Below are positions 28,415 through 37,812 of a DNA stretch of 64,000 nucleotides, in pieces. A program made the position numbers and the translations under genes. Where the stretch lies: positions 142,287-206,286 of the forward strand of contig JAWKTI010000007.1 of assembly GCA_041399155.1 (NCBI GenBank), in the 5' to 3' direction. The notes below the pieces were generated by a model, which did not search any database, was not told the DNA's origin, and saw only the letters and a program-made list of their open reading frames with translations. Source of the DNA: Zavarzinella sp. (GTDB taxonomy: Bacteria; Planctomycetota; Planctomycetia; Gemmatales; Gemmataceae). How positions within the stretch are numbered: position 1 is the first letter of the stretch; each line of letters opens with the position of its first letter.

Positions 28415-31400
28415 TTACGGGTTCGGACGGACATATTGAAACAGCCGTCGAACGGGATCGGTTAATGCGGGCAAGGCTTCCTGTTCAGTCCGGATTTTTC
28501 CTTCTTTCAATTCACCTTTCACTTTAATTTTATAGAGCAGGCTGCTGAGACGCGAAGAAAGATTGCCAGAAACACCAAACAGATTGCGAAGATCGGTCCA
28601 GACCGTATAGAATTCCAGGTCGAGGTCAGTGCCATCAAGGTTCATTTCCCCTTCCCCACCCAGACTGACAGCATTGCCCAGCAAGTCAAGCTGGCCAAAG
28701 CGAACGCGGTTGCCACGGATGCGAAAGACGGCGTGTGCCTCTTCAAACATCGTGTGGTCCATCGGTCGCAGGCGAACCAGCTTGATAATATCCAGCATGA
28801 ATGGCAGGTCGAGGATTTTGCCTTTGGGGATATCCACTGCCCCACTGCCCTGAATGACTGGCATTCGGCTTTGGGGATCGATTGGATTGGCCAGCCGCAG
28901 TTGCAGGGTGGCATCACCCGCGAGTTGCGTTTTGGGCCCCAGGTGGTTGATTTTGGCAAATTCTTCCAGTTTCAGCTTCGCACCATCGAGCGACAGCGAA
29001 AACAGCATCGGACTGCCCATGCGGATGCGGGCTTCCCCGCCAATTTCCCCACCGTAAATCTGAGCGCGAATCGTTTCAATCGCCAGAATATCTGGCTTTT
29101 GTGGGTAAATCTTCATTGCAGCGGTGAGTTGGCTGACTGGCTGCTTTAACACCGCTGCCTGATCGATTGCCAGATCGCTGACCACCCGATCCAACTGGTT
29201 ATTTTTGAACAGGCCCCACGATGAGATTCGCCCACGGACGCCCGTCCAGGGCACGCCGGTATTGAAGCGGGTATTGGTAAACTGGGCGGTACCGTTCCAA
29301 TAAATCGACAAATGATCTTCTTCAGGTGCCTGATCTCCCACCAGCATCGGATTGGCCCCTTCTGCCTCCGGTGGGTAGTTGCTGACCACTAATTGCTTGG
29401 CGTGGAGCTGAAAATCCCCATTCAGTTCCAGCGACTTACAGGTATCCTGGATCCCACGTGGGAGAGAGTGGAGAAAATCGTCGTCGATCGTCAGATGTTC
29501 CGCACGGACATCGCGAATATCCGCATAATAGCCCCCACGCAGGGGTAATTGAATTGTGGCACTGGCCACTTTCAGGCTTGTCCGCTGGTGGCTTCCCGAA
29601 ATTTCGCCCATCGTGACGGTGCCATCGGCATACTTCAGCCGTCCAGTCACCTGATTCAGTGCGTACGGCCAGAAAACAGGCCGAATGGTGATTCCGTTAA
29701 ACGATAAGCCGAGTTCCAGATCACGTGCGGGGATAAATTCGGCTGCCTTTAACTGTTCATCCACCCGATCGTGCAGCACAATGCGGATTTCACAATTCAT
29801 CCGTCCCGTGGGATCGAAAGAATCCCAGGCACTATTCAACTTGATATCACCAATGGCTTTGTGCAGCGAACCATCCAGTGGGACTGATTCGCCACTGATA
29901 TTGAGGCGAAAGACCGCGCCCAGGTCTTCTGGTGTGCGGGAGCCACTGATTTTCAAAAATGCCCCACCGGTGCCACGGGCGGTGAAATCTTTGATCTGCA
30001 GCGAGCCGATTTCCCCACGAAACGGCTGCACTGGCTGACCAGGTGCAATGGGCTGCACCGCAGTGGGTTCATCCTGGGCAGTGCGGATCACCAATTTACC
30101 CGCCAGTTCGGTCAGTGGGTAGCGAAATCGCTGGTAATTCAGGGAGCCCTTCTTAATTGTGATGTCGAATTCATTGTCAAATGCATCCGGCCCGTGCTTC
30201 TGGCGGATCGATTCATTATGGCGAATCCGTGCGGTAAAATCGCCCACCGCTTCTGGCTGCAGCGAGCGGATGACCGTGGGATAGTGATCCGGCAGAGCAT
30301 CAATCAGCGTATCATCCAGCAGAATATCGGAACCCGTCAGCACCAGATCGACAGAACCGTCCAGCCCACTGACTATTGTACCCTTCAAGGTCACAGGTTT
30401 CTGTTTCCCCTCACCGACAAGGTCCAGTTCGAACTGGTTGGGGCGGTTTTCCTGAACGGTCAGCACAATATTGCCGCGAATCTGATCGACGGGATAACGA
30501 AAACCCCGATACATTGCAGACATCCCACGTGGCTGGAAGGTAATGCGGGTTTTAGGCTCTTCTTTGGTAAACGTGCGTTCCACAATAATGTCCGCTTTCC
30601 CTTTGGGTGCGAACATATCCTGAATTTCTTTGTATTTTGGTGGCAGGCGATCAAACAATGCCTGATTCAGCTCCAGATTGACCAACGACACTTCCACGTG
30701 CTGCAATAAATTAGGAATTTGTGAGAAATCCATCTCCGGTTGATGCAGAGGATTACCCATCTCCAGGTGGGCACGCAATTCTGTTCCATCGGCCTGACCA
30801 ACAAATCGCGTAACACGAATTGTTTCCGGCGTAATATTGGCATCCAGTTCCAGTTGGCTGAACTTTACAGGCAGTTCGGGGTGCTGCGCTGAGGCGTCAC
30901 GCAATTTGAGATCGAACGAATAGGCCCAGGTGGGCTGGTGACCCTGGCGCCAGGTCAAGCGACCGTTCAGTTGCACATTCCCACGGATTCCCTGCATCTG
31001 TTCGTGGGCGTCGGGTGCCAGCGTGGCCATTAAACGACGCACCCCACCGTGCAGTGGGAGGTTTTCGACGGAAATGTCGACAATTGCTTCCCCCACCGTG
31101 CGATATTTAGCCTGCACCTGAAAAGGGCCGGTAATATCTGAATTTGCCGTAAGTTCCACACTGAAAAGATCTTGCGGATCATTGATGACCGTTAACTGGA
31201 CTTCATTCAATGTCACAAGTTCTGTCGCGGAGCGTGCATCGTCGCCCACGACAATGGTGGCATCTTTCAGCACCAGGATGGGGACAATTTCATCATCATT
31301 GGCAGGATTAAATTCTTCTAATAAATTCCAGGTTCCCGCACTGTTCCGACGTGCGACAATTTTGGGCTGGTGAAATTCAATTTTCCAGGCGGCTAGTTTC

Positions 31401-31729
31401 CCACGTGACAGGGCTTCTTTGTCCGGCCAGATGATTGCTGTTGGAATGTCGATCAGTGGCTCGCGATTGGCACTGCTTCGTGGCGTAATCACCACATGGT
31501 TGATCCGAATACCACCGAACAGGCGGAAGGATGCCGACCCCACTTCAATATCACAATTTGGAAACTTTTTTTGTAAAGACAGGCGCACCTTGTTGGTAAT
31601 TTCTTCATTGATGCCAAATCTCTGGTAAAGAAAAATACCAACGATGGCGATGAATGAAATGGTGATTGCAAGTCGTGTGAGCCGTTTGCGTAACACGATG
31701 CCTCCTTGCACCTTGTAGATTTTGCACAA
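28415..31729 (-). CDS. Large N-terminally anchored envelope protein, AsmA/TamB-like
   Basis: A single N-terminal TM (LTRLAITISFIAIVGIFLY) is followed by about 1050 aa of beta-rich sequence with a C-terminal amphipathic segment. It lies just upstream of, and on the same strand as, the LptF/G gene. Family assignment is by architecture only. Confidence 0.45.
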   Translation of the reverse strand: MCKIYKVQGGIVLRKRLTRLAITISFIAIVGIFLYQRFGINEEITNKVRLSLQKKFPNCDIEVGSASFRLFGGIRINHVVITPRSSANREPLIDIPTAIIWPDKEALSRGKLAAWKIEFHQPKIVARRNSAGTWNLLEEFNPANDDEIVPILVLKDATIVVGDDARSATELVTLNEVQLTVINDPQDLFSVELTANSDITGPFQVQAKYRTVGEAIVDISVENLPLHGGVRRLMATLAPDAHEQMQGIRGNVQLNGRLTWRQGHQPTWAYSFDLKLRDASAQHPELPVKFSQLELDANITPETIRVTRFVGQADGTELRAHLEMGNPLHQPEMDFSQIPNLLQHVEVSLVNLELNQALFDRLPPKYKEIQDMFAPKGKADIIVERTFTKEEPKTRITFQPRGMSAMYRGFRYPVDQIRGNIVLTVQENRPNQFELDLVGEGKQKPVTLKGTIVSGLDGSVDLVLTGSDILLDDTLIDALPDHYPTVIRSLQPEAVGDFTARIRHNESIRQKHGPDAFDNEFDITIKKGSLNYQRFRYPLTELAGKLVIRTAQDEPTAVQPIAPGQPVQPFRGEIGSLQIKDFTARGTGGAFLKISGSRTPEDLGAVFRLNISGESVPLDGSLHKAIGDIKLNSAWDSFDPTGRMNCEIRIVLHDRVDEQLKAAEFIPARDLELGLSFNGITIRPVFWPYALNQVTGRLKYADGTVTMGEISGSHQRTSLKVASATIQLPLRGGYYADIRDVRAEHLTIDDDFLHSLPRGIQDTCKSLELNGDFQLHAKQLVVSNYPPEAEGANPMLVGDQAPEEDHLSIYWNGTAQFTNTRFNTGVPWTGVRGRISSWGLFKNNQLDRVVSDLAIDQAAVLKQPVSQLTAAMKIYPQKPDILAIETIRAQIYGGEIGGEARIRMGSPMLFSLSLDGAKLKLEEFAKINHLGPKTQLAGDATLQLRLANPIDPQSRMPVIQGSGAVDIPKGKILDLPFMLDIIKLVRLRPMDHTMFEEAHAVFRIRGNRVRFGQLDLLGNAVSLGGEGEMNLDGTDLDLEFYTVWTDLRNLFGVSGNLSSRLSSLLYKIKVKGELKEGKIRTEQEALPALTDPVRRLFQYVRPNP

Positions 31730-32000
31730 TAATGTGGCGGGCGGTTTCCGTCAATACGAGTGAATCTCCCACGCAAAGTGGTTGAGATTGCCTAATTTGT
31801 GTAAATTGTTGCCGCCAGGGCAATTCGATGCAGACTATTTTGCCATGTGGGTACTGGGCGAATATCACCCACTTCCAAAGCCAAATCAAATAATTAAACC
31901 AAAATCAGATTGAAAATCGGTGTTTACAGATTTGGTGAGTTATGTTAAGCTGGTCAGAATGTTCAACCTAGGCAAGTCGACCAACCTTTGGAGATCAAGG

Positions 32001-32273
32001 ATGATCCGACCGAACACTACTAAATGGAATCAAACCACCGATGATTTGCGTCGCCTGGCTCTGGAATCCGAGCATCCTCGTACTCGGGAGCGGTTTATGG
32101 CTTTGTACCAAATTGCTCTTGGTCACACTAACGCAACTGCTTATGCCGCAGAAATTGGACGTTGCGACGATGTGTTGTTGAACTGGGTTCATAAATATAA
32201 CAACCATGGACCTGACGCCTTGATTTATCGGCGTACTGGCGGCCGTGTCCCCCTTTTGTCCAGTCGCAGATAG
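32001..32273 (+). CDS. IS630 transposase N-terminal (HTH) ORF
   Basis: MIRPNTTKWNQTTDDLRRLALESEHPRTRERFMALYQIALG...HGPDALIYRRTGGR. GGAG is upstream of the ATG at 32001. Confidence 0.8.
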   Translation: MIRPNTTKWNQTTDDLRRLALESEHPRTRERFMALYQIALGHTNATAYAAEIGRCDDVLLNWVHKYNNHGPDALIYRRTGGRVPLLSSRR

Positions 32274-33097
32274 AGCAGATCGTTGATGCCGTTCTGAAAA
32301 GCGATCCGGTAGATCACCAATTGCCAGGCCACGGATGGACGATCAGGAAGTTGTGCAACTGGATCGGTTGTCAATTCCAGCGGTATGTATCTCGGAATAC
32401 CGTGCGGCGGATCCTGCAATTAGCGGGATTGAGCTGGAAGAAATGCAAGAAACTGTTCGGCAAAGGGGACCCTGAAAAGCGGGCCGAATACCTGAAACAG
32501 TTCGCGGATATGTACCAGCAAATGTGTCGCGGCGATATCGTGATCATTTATATTGATGAATCCCATTTTCATCGTGATATGGACTTGGGCTATACTTGGT
32601 GGCGCAAGGGAGAATCGGCTTGGCGAGTGAGTGATTGCCCTCCGCTGTCCGATCGCATCAACTGGTATGGTGCTTACAATTTCAGTGCTGGTGCATGTTT
32701 GATCTGGAACGAAGGCAAATGCAACAAGGAAAACACGGCTGAATTTTTGCACCGAGTGAACGATTGGGTAGAAAGACAAGGTCGACGTGTTGTGGTAATT
32801 TGGGATGGAGCACCTTGGCACAAGGCGAAGTTCGTTCGAACCAAAGCCAGCGAGTTGGACATCGAAATAGTAGTTTTGCCCAGTTATAGTCCCGATTTCA
32901 ATCCCATTGAAGGGTTATGGAAATGGATGCGTGAAGAGGTCACGCAACATTGTTGTTTTGCAACCTTGCGTGACTTGTTCGACGCTTGCAAAGGATTCAT
33001 CGATACATTGAATGAAACTCCGGATGAAATAATTAAAAGACTGTGGCCAAGATTTGAAGTCGATCCTCAAGCGGAAAAACTCCGATTTTCAATCTGA
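32216..33097 (+). CDS. IS630 transposase catalytic (DDE) ORF in the -1 frame, open from 32216 (first ATG-type start at 32321)
   Basis: IYIDESHFH, VVIWDGAPWHKA and LPSYSPDFNPIEGLWKWMREEV form the DDE triad region. This frame overlaps the upstream ORF across the C5T4 run at 32249-32257. Confidence 0.85.
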   Translation, partial: RLDLSAYWRPCPPFVQSQIEQIVDAVLKSDPVDHQLPGHGWTIRKLCNWIGCQFQRYVSRNTVRRILQLAGLSWKKCKKLFGKGDPEKRAEYLKQFADMYQQMCRGDIVIIYIDESHFHRDMDLGYTWWRKGESAWRVSDCPPLSDRINWYGAYNFSAGACLIWNEGKCNKENTAEFLHRVNDWVERQGRRVVVIWDGAPWHKAKFVRTKASELDIEIVVLPSYSPDFNPIEGLWKWMREEVTQHCCFATLRDLFDACKGFIDTLNETPDEIIKRLWPRFEVDPQAEKLRFSI

Positions 33098-33138
33098 TTT
33101 TGGTTTAGAACTTCGATATGATTGGATAAACGCGGGGT

Positions 33139-33747
33139 TCACTCACCGTCTTCGTCGCCTGGTTGCACGAACGGTAGGGTAAGGCCGGGTTGATCCTGGT
33201 ATTTGCCACGTTTGTCGGCGTAGCTGGTTTTGCAGACATCTGCCGCACGGAAAAACAGCATTTGGGCAATCCCTTCCCCAGCATAAATACGTGCAGGCAG
33301 TGGGGTAGTATTGCTGATTTCCAGCGTCACCTTGCCCCGCCATTCCGGCTCCAGTGGGGTAACATTCACAATCAGGCCACAGCGGGCGTAGGTGCTTTTC
33401 CCCACACATACCACCAGGACGTCGCGTGGGATTTCAATGTATTCCACCGTTTCTGCAAGCACAAAGGAGTTCGGTGGGATCAGGCAATGTTCCCCCTCAT
33501 GTTCCACAAAAGAGCGGGGATCAAACGATTTTGGGTCGACCACTGCACCGAAGACATTGGTGAAAATTTTAAAGCGTTGATCCAGCCGCACATCATAACC
33601 GTAACTGGTGACGCCATAAGAAATTACGCCGGGACGACTTTTCTGTGGTTCGAACGGCACGATTTTGACATCCCGTTCAATCATCCAGTCCGGCAACAGA
33701 CCCGCAGGTTTCATTCGATTTCTCGCCAAAGAATTACTTATTGGCAT
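33139..33747 (-). CDS. dcd: dCTP deaminase
   Basis: [15 protein letters not shown]...[12 protein letters not shown]...[79 protein letters not shown]. An alternative start is MKPAG at 33714. Confidence 0.92.
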   Translation of the reverse strand: MPISNSLARNRMKPAGLLPDWMIERDVKIVPFEPQKSRPGVISYGVTSYGYDVRLDQRFKIFTNVFGAVVDPKSFDPRSFVEHEGEHCLIPPNSFVLAETVEYIEIPRDVLVVCVGKSTYARCGLIVNVTPLEPEWRGKVTLEISNTTPLPARIYAGEGIAQMLFFRAADVCKTSYADKRGKYQDQPGLTLPFVQPGDEDGE

Positions 33748-33879
33748 AAGAAAAGTTTTGCTTCAAGTCCTGCCTTTTTCTGGAAAGTACCCGTTTGCAG
33801 CCCGTGTGGCTGCGGATATCATGGTTTCGTTTGTCATGAGGTGCCCTCATTTTCGATGCTGTCAAAGACCAAATTCGGA

Positions 33880-34062
33880 GCGTGGAATTATTTCCACTGT
33901 ATATTAATATATCCACGGCCCGCCAAATTCTGGCGATTTTTTTCTCGCCAGGACGGATTCTGGCCAAGATTGGCAGCCGTAACCTCTTATCTGAAAACAA
34001 CTTGCGACGATCAGAACTTTTTTGTGAATTTTTGCAAAATTTGTATCACCTCTACCGCAACG
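33880..34062 (+). repeat. Intergenic module, copy A
   Basis: About 40 nt at the 5' end (GTGGAATTATTTCCAC.GTATATTAATATATCCAC) and about 35 nt at the 3' end (CTTTTTTGTGAATTTTTGCAAAATTTGTATCACC) nearly match the reverse complement of 46861-47045. The middle is 50-65 percent similar by eye. Confidence 0.75.
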
Positions 34063-34129
34063 TGTTCGCTCTGGTGCGACTTCATATTCTGATGACAGTG
34101 CTTGTAACAGCTACTTTGGGAGACAATCG

Positions 34130-34714
34130 ATGTTGAAATCCGAATTTATGTTATGCTCTGCAGTTGTCTGCTTCTGGGCTTCCAATCTGTTTTCGCAATT
34201 TCCCTCTGCTGAGAAGTTGATCGCTGAACAGCAGAACGCACTGGCCCCGCTCAAAAAGATGGATGGTAAATGGCGTGGGACGGCCTGGACGATTCGGCCA
34301 GATGGTAAAAAAATTGAAATGGTACAGACAGAGCGTGTGGGTTCCATGCTAGAAGGAGCTGCAAAAGCAGTCGAAGGCAGAGCATATGATGAGGATGGGA
34401 AAATCGTCTTCAATGCGTTTGCGATGATTACTTACGATCCGATGAGCAAGAAAATTACGATGCGATCCACCGCACAAGGCCGCGTGGGTGAATTTGAAAT
34501 CAAATTGACCAAAACTGGCTTTACCTGGGAAATTCCAGCAGGGCCTGCCACGATTCGTTATGTTGCGGAAATTACTGAGGGTAAATGGACTGAATATGGT
34601 GAGAGACTGATTCCTGATCAGAAGCCCTTTCGCTTTATGGAAATGAATTTGCGTCGAATTGGCGACACAGACTGGCCTTCTGCAGGTGCTGTCCAACCAG
34701 AAGAGAAAAAATAG
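34130..34714 (+). CDS. Secreted hypothetical protein (DUF1579-like beta-barrel suspected)
   Basis: Signal-like MLCSAVVCFWASNLFSQ, then the KKMDGKWRGTAWTIRPDGKK...ITYDP...FEIKLTKTGFTWEI pattern. Confidence 0.55.
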   Translation: MLKSEFMLCSAVVCFWASNLFSQFPSAEKLIAEQQNALAPLKKMDGKWRGTAWTIRPDGKKIEMVQTERVGSMLEGAAKAVEGRAYDEDGKIVFNAFAMITYDPMSKKITMRSTAQGRVGEFEIKLTKTGFTWEIPAGPATIRYVAEITEGKWTEYGERLIPDQKPFRFMEMNLRRIGDTDWPSAGAVQPEEKK

Positions 34715-34725
34715 ATAGTAATGTG

Positions 34726-36399
34726 TCAGCGGACGGGCACCAGGTATCCCAGGGCGGCCTTGTATTGTGCCTCAGCAATAAAATATTTCAGTTGGGCACT
34801 CACTTCGCCTAGCTGGGCATCGAAGGCAAACTGTTCCTGAATATTGACCTTGAAGACTTCACTGAAGCCCGCCTCAAACAGCACTTGCTCGCCATCGGCA
34901 ACCATGCGGCCATAACGCACCCGTTCGGAAACCTGTTTCGTTTGCTCGTGGGCACGTTCCAGTGCCACAAATGCATTCTGGACTTCGGTGCGGATGACAT
35001 CCCGCTGATTTCGAATTTCCTGGTTGACCTGTGCCAACTGGGCCTGAATGGCAAACACTTTTCCTAAGGCGTCGCGTCGCTGGTAGGGCAGGCGAAATTC
35101 GACCCCCACATCCACGGACTGTCGATCCAGTCGAGAAGGGCCGGTAGCTGGTTTGCCAAAACCCACATCGGTGGCACCAGAAATAATGGCGTTAAATGCT
35201 GGCTGGGTCAGGTTTTGCGATTGCCGCAGTTCCACTTCCAGTACTTCCCGCTGGTAGGCCAGGCGGAGTAATTCGGGGCGGTTCTGCCAGGCATAGTCGA
35301 TTGCGGCTTGCAGTTGTTCCCCATCGGGTTCGCTCATCATTGGAAAGTTCGGCAGCCGACCGTAGGCAGGCAGCACCGATTCCCCATTGGTATCGCGGAG
35401 AAACATTGAAAGATCCACGGCCGCCTTGGCGAACATCTCTTCCGCTTCGACCAGGCTGGCATTCCGGCCATAGAGGCTCTGCAGGTTGTTGGCCCGTTCC
35501 ACTTTCGCTGCAACCTGGCCTGCCACCACGGCTCGGAGTTGTTCATCGCGATCCTGGGCCAGTTTTGCCAGTTCGCGGGCAATTCGTAGACGCTGGCCTG
35601 TCGCTACCCAGGCGTAATAGGCACGGCTGGCTGCCAGTTGCAGGCGAATGTTCTGTAACTGGATTAGTGGTTCAACAGCATCCCGCCCAATGGTTGCCTG
35701 CTGCAGGTTCGCCCGAGCCCGATCAATATCGCGATTTTGTAACAGAGGGATGCTGACACCGGCTCGAAACTCCCCACCTTCGGCGGTTTTGTCCCCACCT
35801 TTATAGACGGGGTAATCGCCAAAGCCCCCACGGTATCTGCTGAAGACATTGACACCGGAATCGGTAAACGCCTGACTGAGCCCCGTGGTAAAGCCGTAAT
35901 TCTCATAAGTGGCCAGTGGTGAGTTATAACTGGCTGCGGTGATGTTCAAATCGAACGCACCGAAGGCGGAAAGCAGCTTCCCTTCCGCCACGGAACGTTC
36001 CAGGCGGGCAGCCTGCAGCAGTGGGAAGTGATTATCAACTGATTGCAGCACTTCAGACAACGTCAAGTCACCCAGTACCGCACTGGGCGGGGTACCTTGC
36101 AGACGGGGCAGGGTTCTGGGGATAGCGGGACTGAGTTCTGGCAGAACAATATTGAAGTTGGGCAATTTATCCGGTATTTTGGGCAACGGATTGAGTTTGG
36201 GTTGTTGAAAATTCGCGGGCAGCAGTTCTTGTTGCTGCGGCACCTTTTTGGTGGCAGGGGGCACATTGACCACTGGCGGAACAACGCGGTCGCTCGCAAA
36301 CTGATCCTGTGCCCACACCAGCGGCGATTGCATCAGGAAAATAATCAGGCATCCTTGCCAACGCATTGTGAAACCTCTGTTATTGTTGGCTGCAGGCAA
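34726..36399 (-). CDS. TolC-family outer membrane efflux protein
   Basis: Signal peptide (MRWQGCLIIFLMQSPLVWAQ from the internal ATG at 36366), LTLSEVLQSVDNHFPLLQAARLE, and two repeated coiled-coil/beta halves. It is the last gene of the ABC-HlyD-TolC operon. Confidence 0.85.
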   Translation of the reverse strand: MPAANNNRGFTMRWQGCLIIFLMQSPLVWAQDQFASDRVVPPVVNVPPATKKVPQQQELLPANFQQPKLNPLPKIPDKLPNFNIVLPELSPAIPRTLPRLQGTPPSAVLGDLTLSEVLQSVDNHFPLLQAARLERSVAEGKLLSAFGAFDLNITAASYNSPLATYENYGFTTGLSQAFTDSGVNVFSRYRGGFGDYPVYKGGDKTAEGGEFRAGVSIPLLQNRDIDRARANLQQATIGRDAVEPLIQLQNIRLQLAASRAYYAWVATGQRLRIARELAKLAQDRDEQLRAVVAGQVAAKVERANNLQSLYGRNASLVEAEEMFAKAAVDLSMFLRDTNGESVLPAYGRLPNFPMMSEPDGEQLQAAIDYAWQNRPELLRLAYQREVLEVELRQSQNLTQPAFNAIISGATDVGFGKPATGPSRLDRQSVDVGVEFRLPYQRRDALGKVFAIQAQLAQVNQEIRNQRDVIRTEVQNAFVALERAHEQTKQVSERVRYGRMVADGEQVLFEAGFSEVFKVNIQEQFAFDAQLGEVSAQLKYFIAEAQYKAALGYLVPVR

Positions 36400-36405
36400 C
36401 CAACG

Positions 36406-37812
36406 CTACTTTTTGTCATCCGATTTGGGAGACGAAGGCGGTTCTTTCCCAAGTACAGGTGGGAAGCCGTTGAGTCGTCGCCAGACTTCCCAACCCAGGG
36501 TAACGCGGTTGAGAAATACCCAGCCAACCACCTGATTTCCCTGTCGCAGATACTCTTTTCCAGGCCAGATATCGTTCTCAAACTGCTGGTCTGGTTCAAT
36601 CAGCACCCGAAACTGGCCTTTGCCATTATCGGTCTGGTCGATCTGTCGTACCCGCCCGCCAAAGGTTCCCACAGCAGCAGAAGGCCAACCGGTGAACTGC
36701 ACCGCAGGCCAACCTTCAAACTGCAATCTTACATGAGGATATCGACCATCAGGGCCCCGTTGGATGAGCGGAGCATCGACACCATCGATAAAAATTTCTG
36801 CCACATAGTCGTTGCTGTCGGGCACAATAATTACCAAAGGGTCACCAGCTTTCAGAGACGACCCAGATTGACTGGAATTCTGGAGAATCTGGAAAACAGT
36901 GCCAGTACAGGGGGCTTTCACAAAACGCATCTGATAGCGGGAATAGGTAGTATCGATCTCCTGGATTTCACTGCGGATCTTTTCGACAGTCTCCCCTTGA
37001 ATCCGATTCAGATCCTGCTCTGCCAGCACCAGGTCACGTGCAGTATCAGCATCCACGCGGCTGCGCATAAATTTTTCCCGTTCGACCGATTCTTTTGCAG
37101 CCAGCACATCGGCATTAGCTCTCTGAAATGCGAGATCCAGTTCGGCTACTTTGGCATTACGTTGGATCAACTCGATCTCTGGGCGCAACCCTTTCTCCAC
37201 CAGAGGTTCAATCAATTCCAGTTCCTTCTTCGCCAGATTCAGATTGACCTCAGTGCTATTCAACAACTTTTCTCGTGCTGAGAGCGTCTGCATGATGATG
37301 TTCACGGCACGGTCCGCACTATCCTGTTGTGCTTTCCGCGATTCCCGAATGCGGTTGATTGCATCCTGTCGTCTTGCCGCCTGGCCAAGTGCTTCTTTGA
37401 GCCGTTTTTGCAGAATTGCTTTTCTTTCAAGCAACCGTTGTTCATATTGTGGGTCGGGATCAACAAGTTCTGCAATCGGGTCACCCACTTTGACCTGGGA
37501 ACCTTCCACAACGTGCCACTTGGTAATAAGCCCACTGATCGGTGCCATGACCGTTTGCTGGCGTTCTTCCGGCTTGTAGGCGATCAATTGACCACGTCCG
37601 GTCACAGTTTGCTGCCACGGCAGGAATATCAAGCCAATCAGGATCAGGATGAACAACAATCCCAGTAATCTGCCAAACTGGACCATTCGGCGGGACGACT
37701 TGACCAGCTCCATCGAGGAGAACCCCATATGGGCAGCAATGGGTATCCCCTGATCCGGTATGTGCGTGATCTCCCCTGCTTCCGGTGCACGTTCGATCGT
37801 TTGCATGGTCAT
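36406..37812 (-). CDS. HlyD-family membrane fusion (periplasmic adaptor) protein
   Basis: N-terminal TM (LLGLLFILILIGLIFLPW), a lipoyl-like GLITKWHVVEGSQVKVGDPIAEL, a long coiled coil, and a beta-barrel C-terminus. Its start overlaps the ABC gene stop (ATGA at 37809-37812). Confidence 0.9.
   Translation of the reverse strand: MTMQTIERAPEAGEITHIPDQGIPIAAHMGFSSMELVKSSRRMVQFGRLLGLLFILILIGLIFLPWQQTVTGRGQLIAYKPEERQQTVMAPISGLITKWHVVEGSQVKVGDPIAELVDPDPQYEQRLLERKAILQKRLKEALGQAARRQDAINRIRESRKAQQDSADRAVNIIMQTLSAREKLLNSTEVNLNLAKKELELIEPLVEKGLRPEIELIQRNAKVAELDLAFQRANADVLAAKESVEREKFMRSRVDADTARDLVLAEQDLNRIQGETVEKIRSEIQEIDTTYSRYQMRFVKAPCTGTVFQILQNSSQSGSSLKAGDPLVIIVPDSNDYVAEIFIDGVDAPLIQRGPDGRYPHVRLQFEGWPAVQFTGWPSAAVGTFGGRVRQIDQTDNGKGQFRVLIEPDQQFENDIWPGKEYLRQGNQVVGWVFLNRVTLGWEVWRRLNGFPPVLGKEPPSSPKSDDKK

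Larger units (their letters stand above)
31897..33105 (+). mobile_element. IS630-family insertion sequence, copy A (1209 bp)
   Basis: Perfect 24-bp terminal inverted repeats AACCAAAATCAGATTGAAAATCGG (31897-31920 and the reverse complement at 33082-33105). Flanked by TA on both sides (31895-31896 and 33106-33107), the IS630/Tc1 target duplication. Confidence 0.9.

Noticed and set aside
33190-34092. 300-aa plus-strand ORF
   Set aside because: It is antisense to dcd and then reads through the intergenic repeat module. Its similarity to ORF 46871-47062 reflects the DNA repeat, not a protein family.
36043-37281. 412-aa plus-strand ORF spanning the tolC/hlyD junction
   Set aside because: It is antisense to two well-supported genes and crosses their intergenic gap. 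A shadow ORF.
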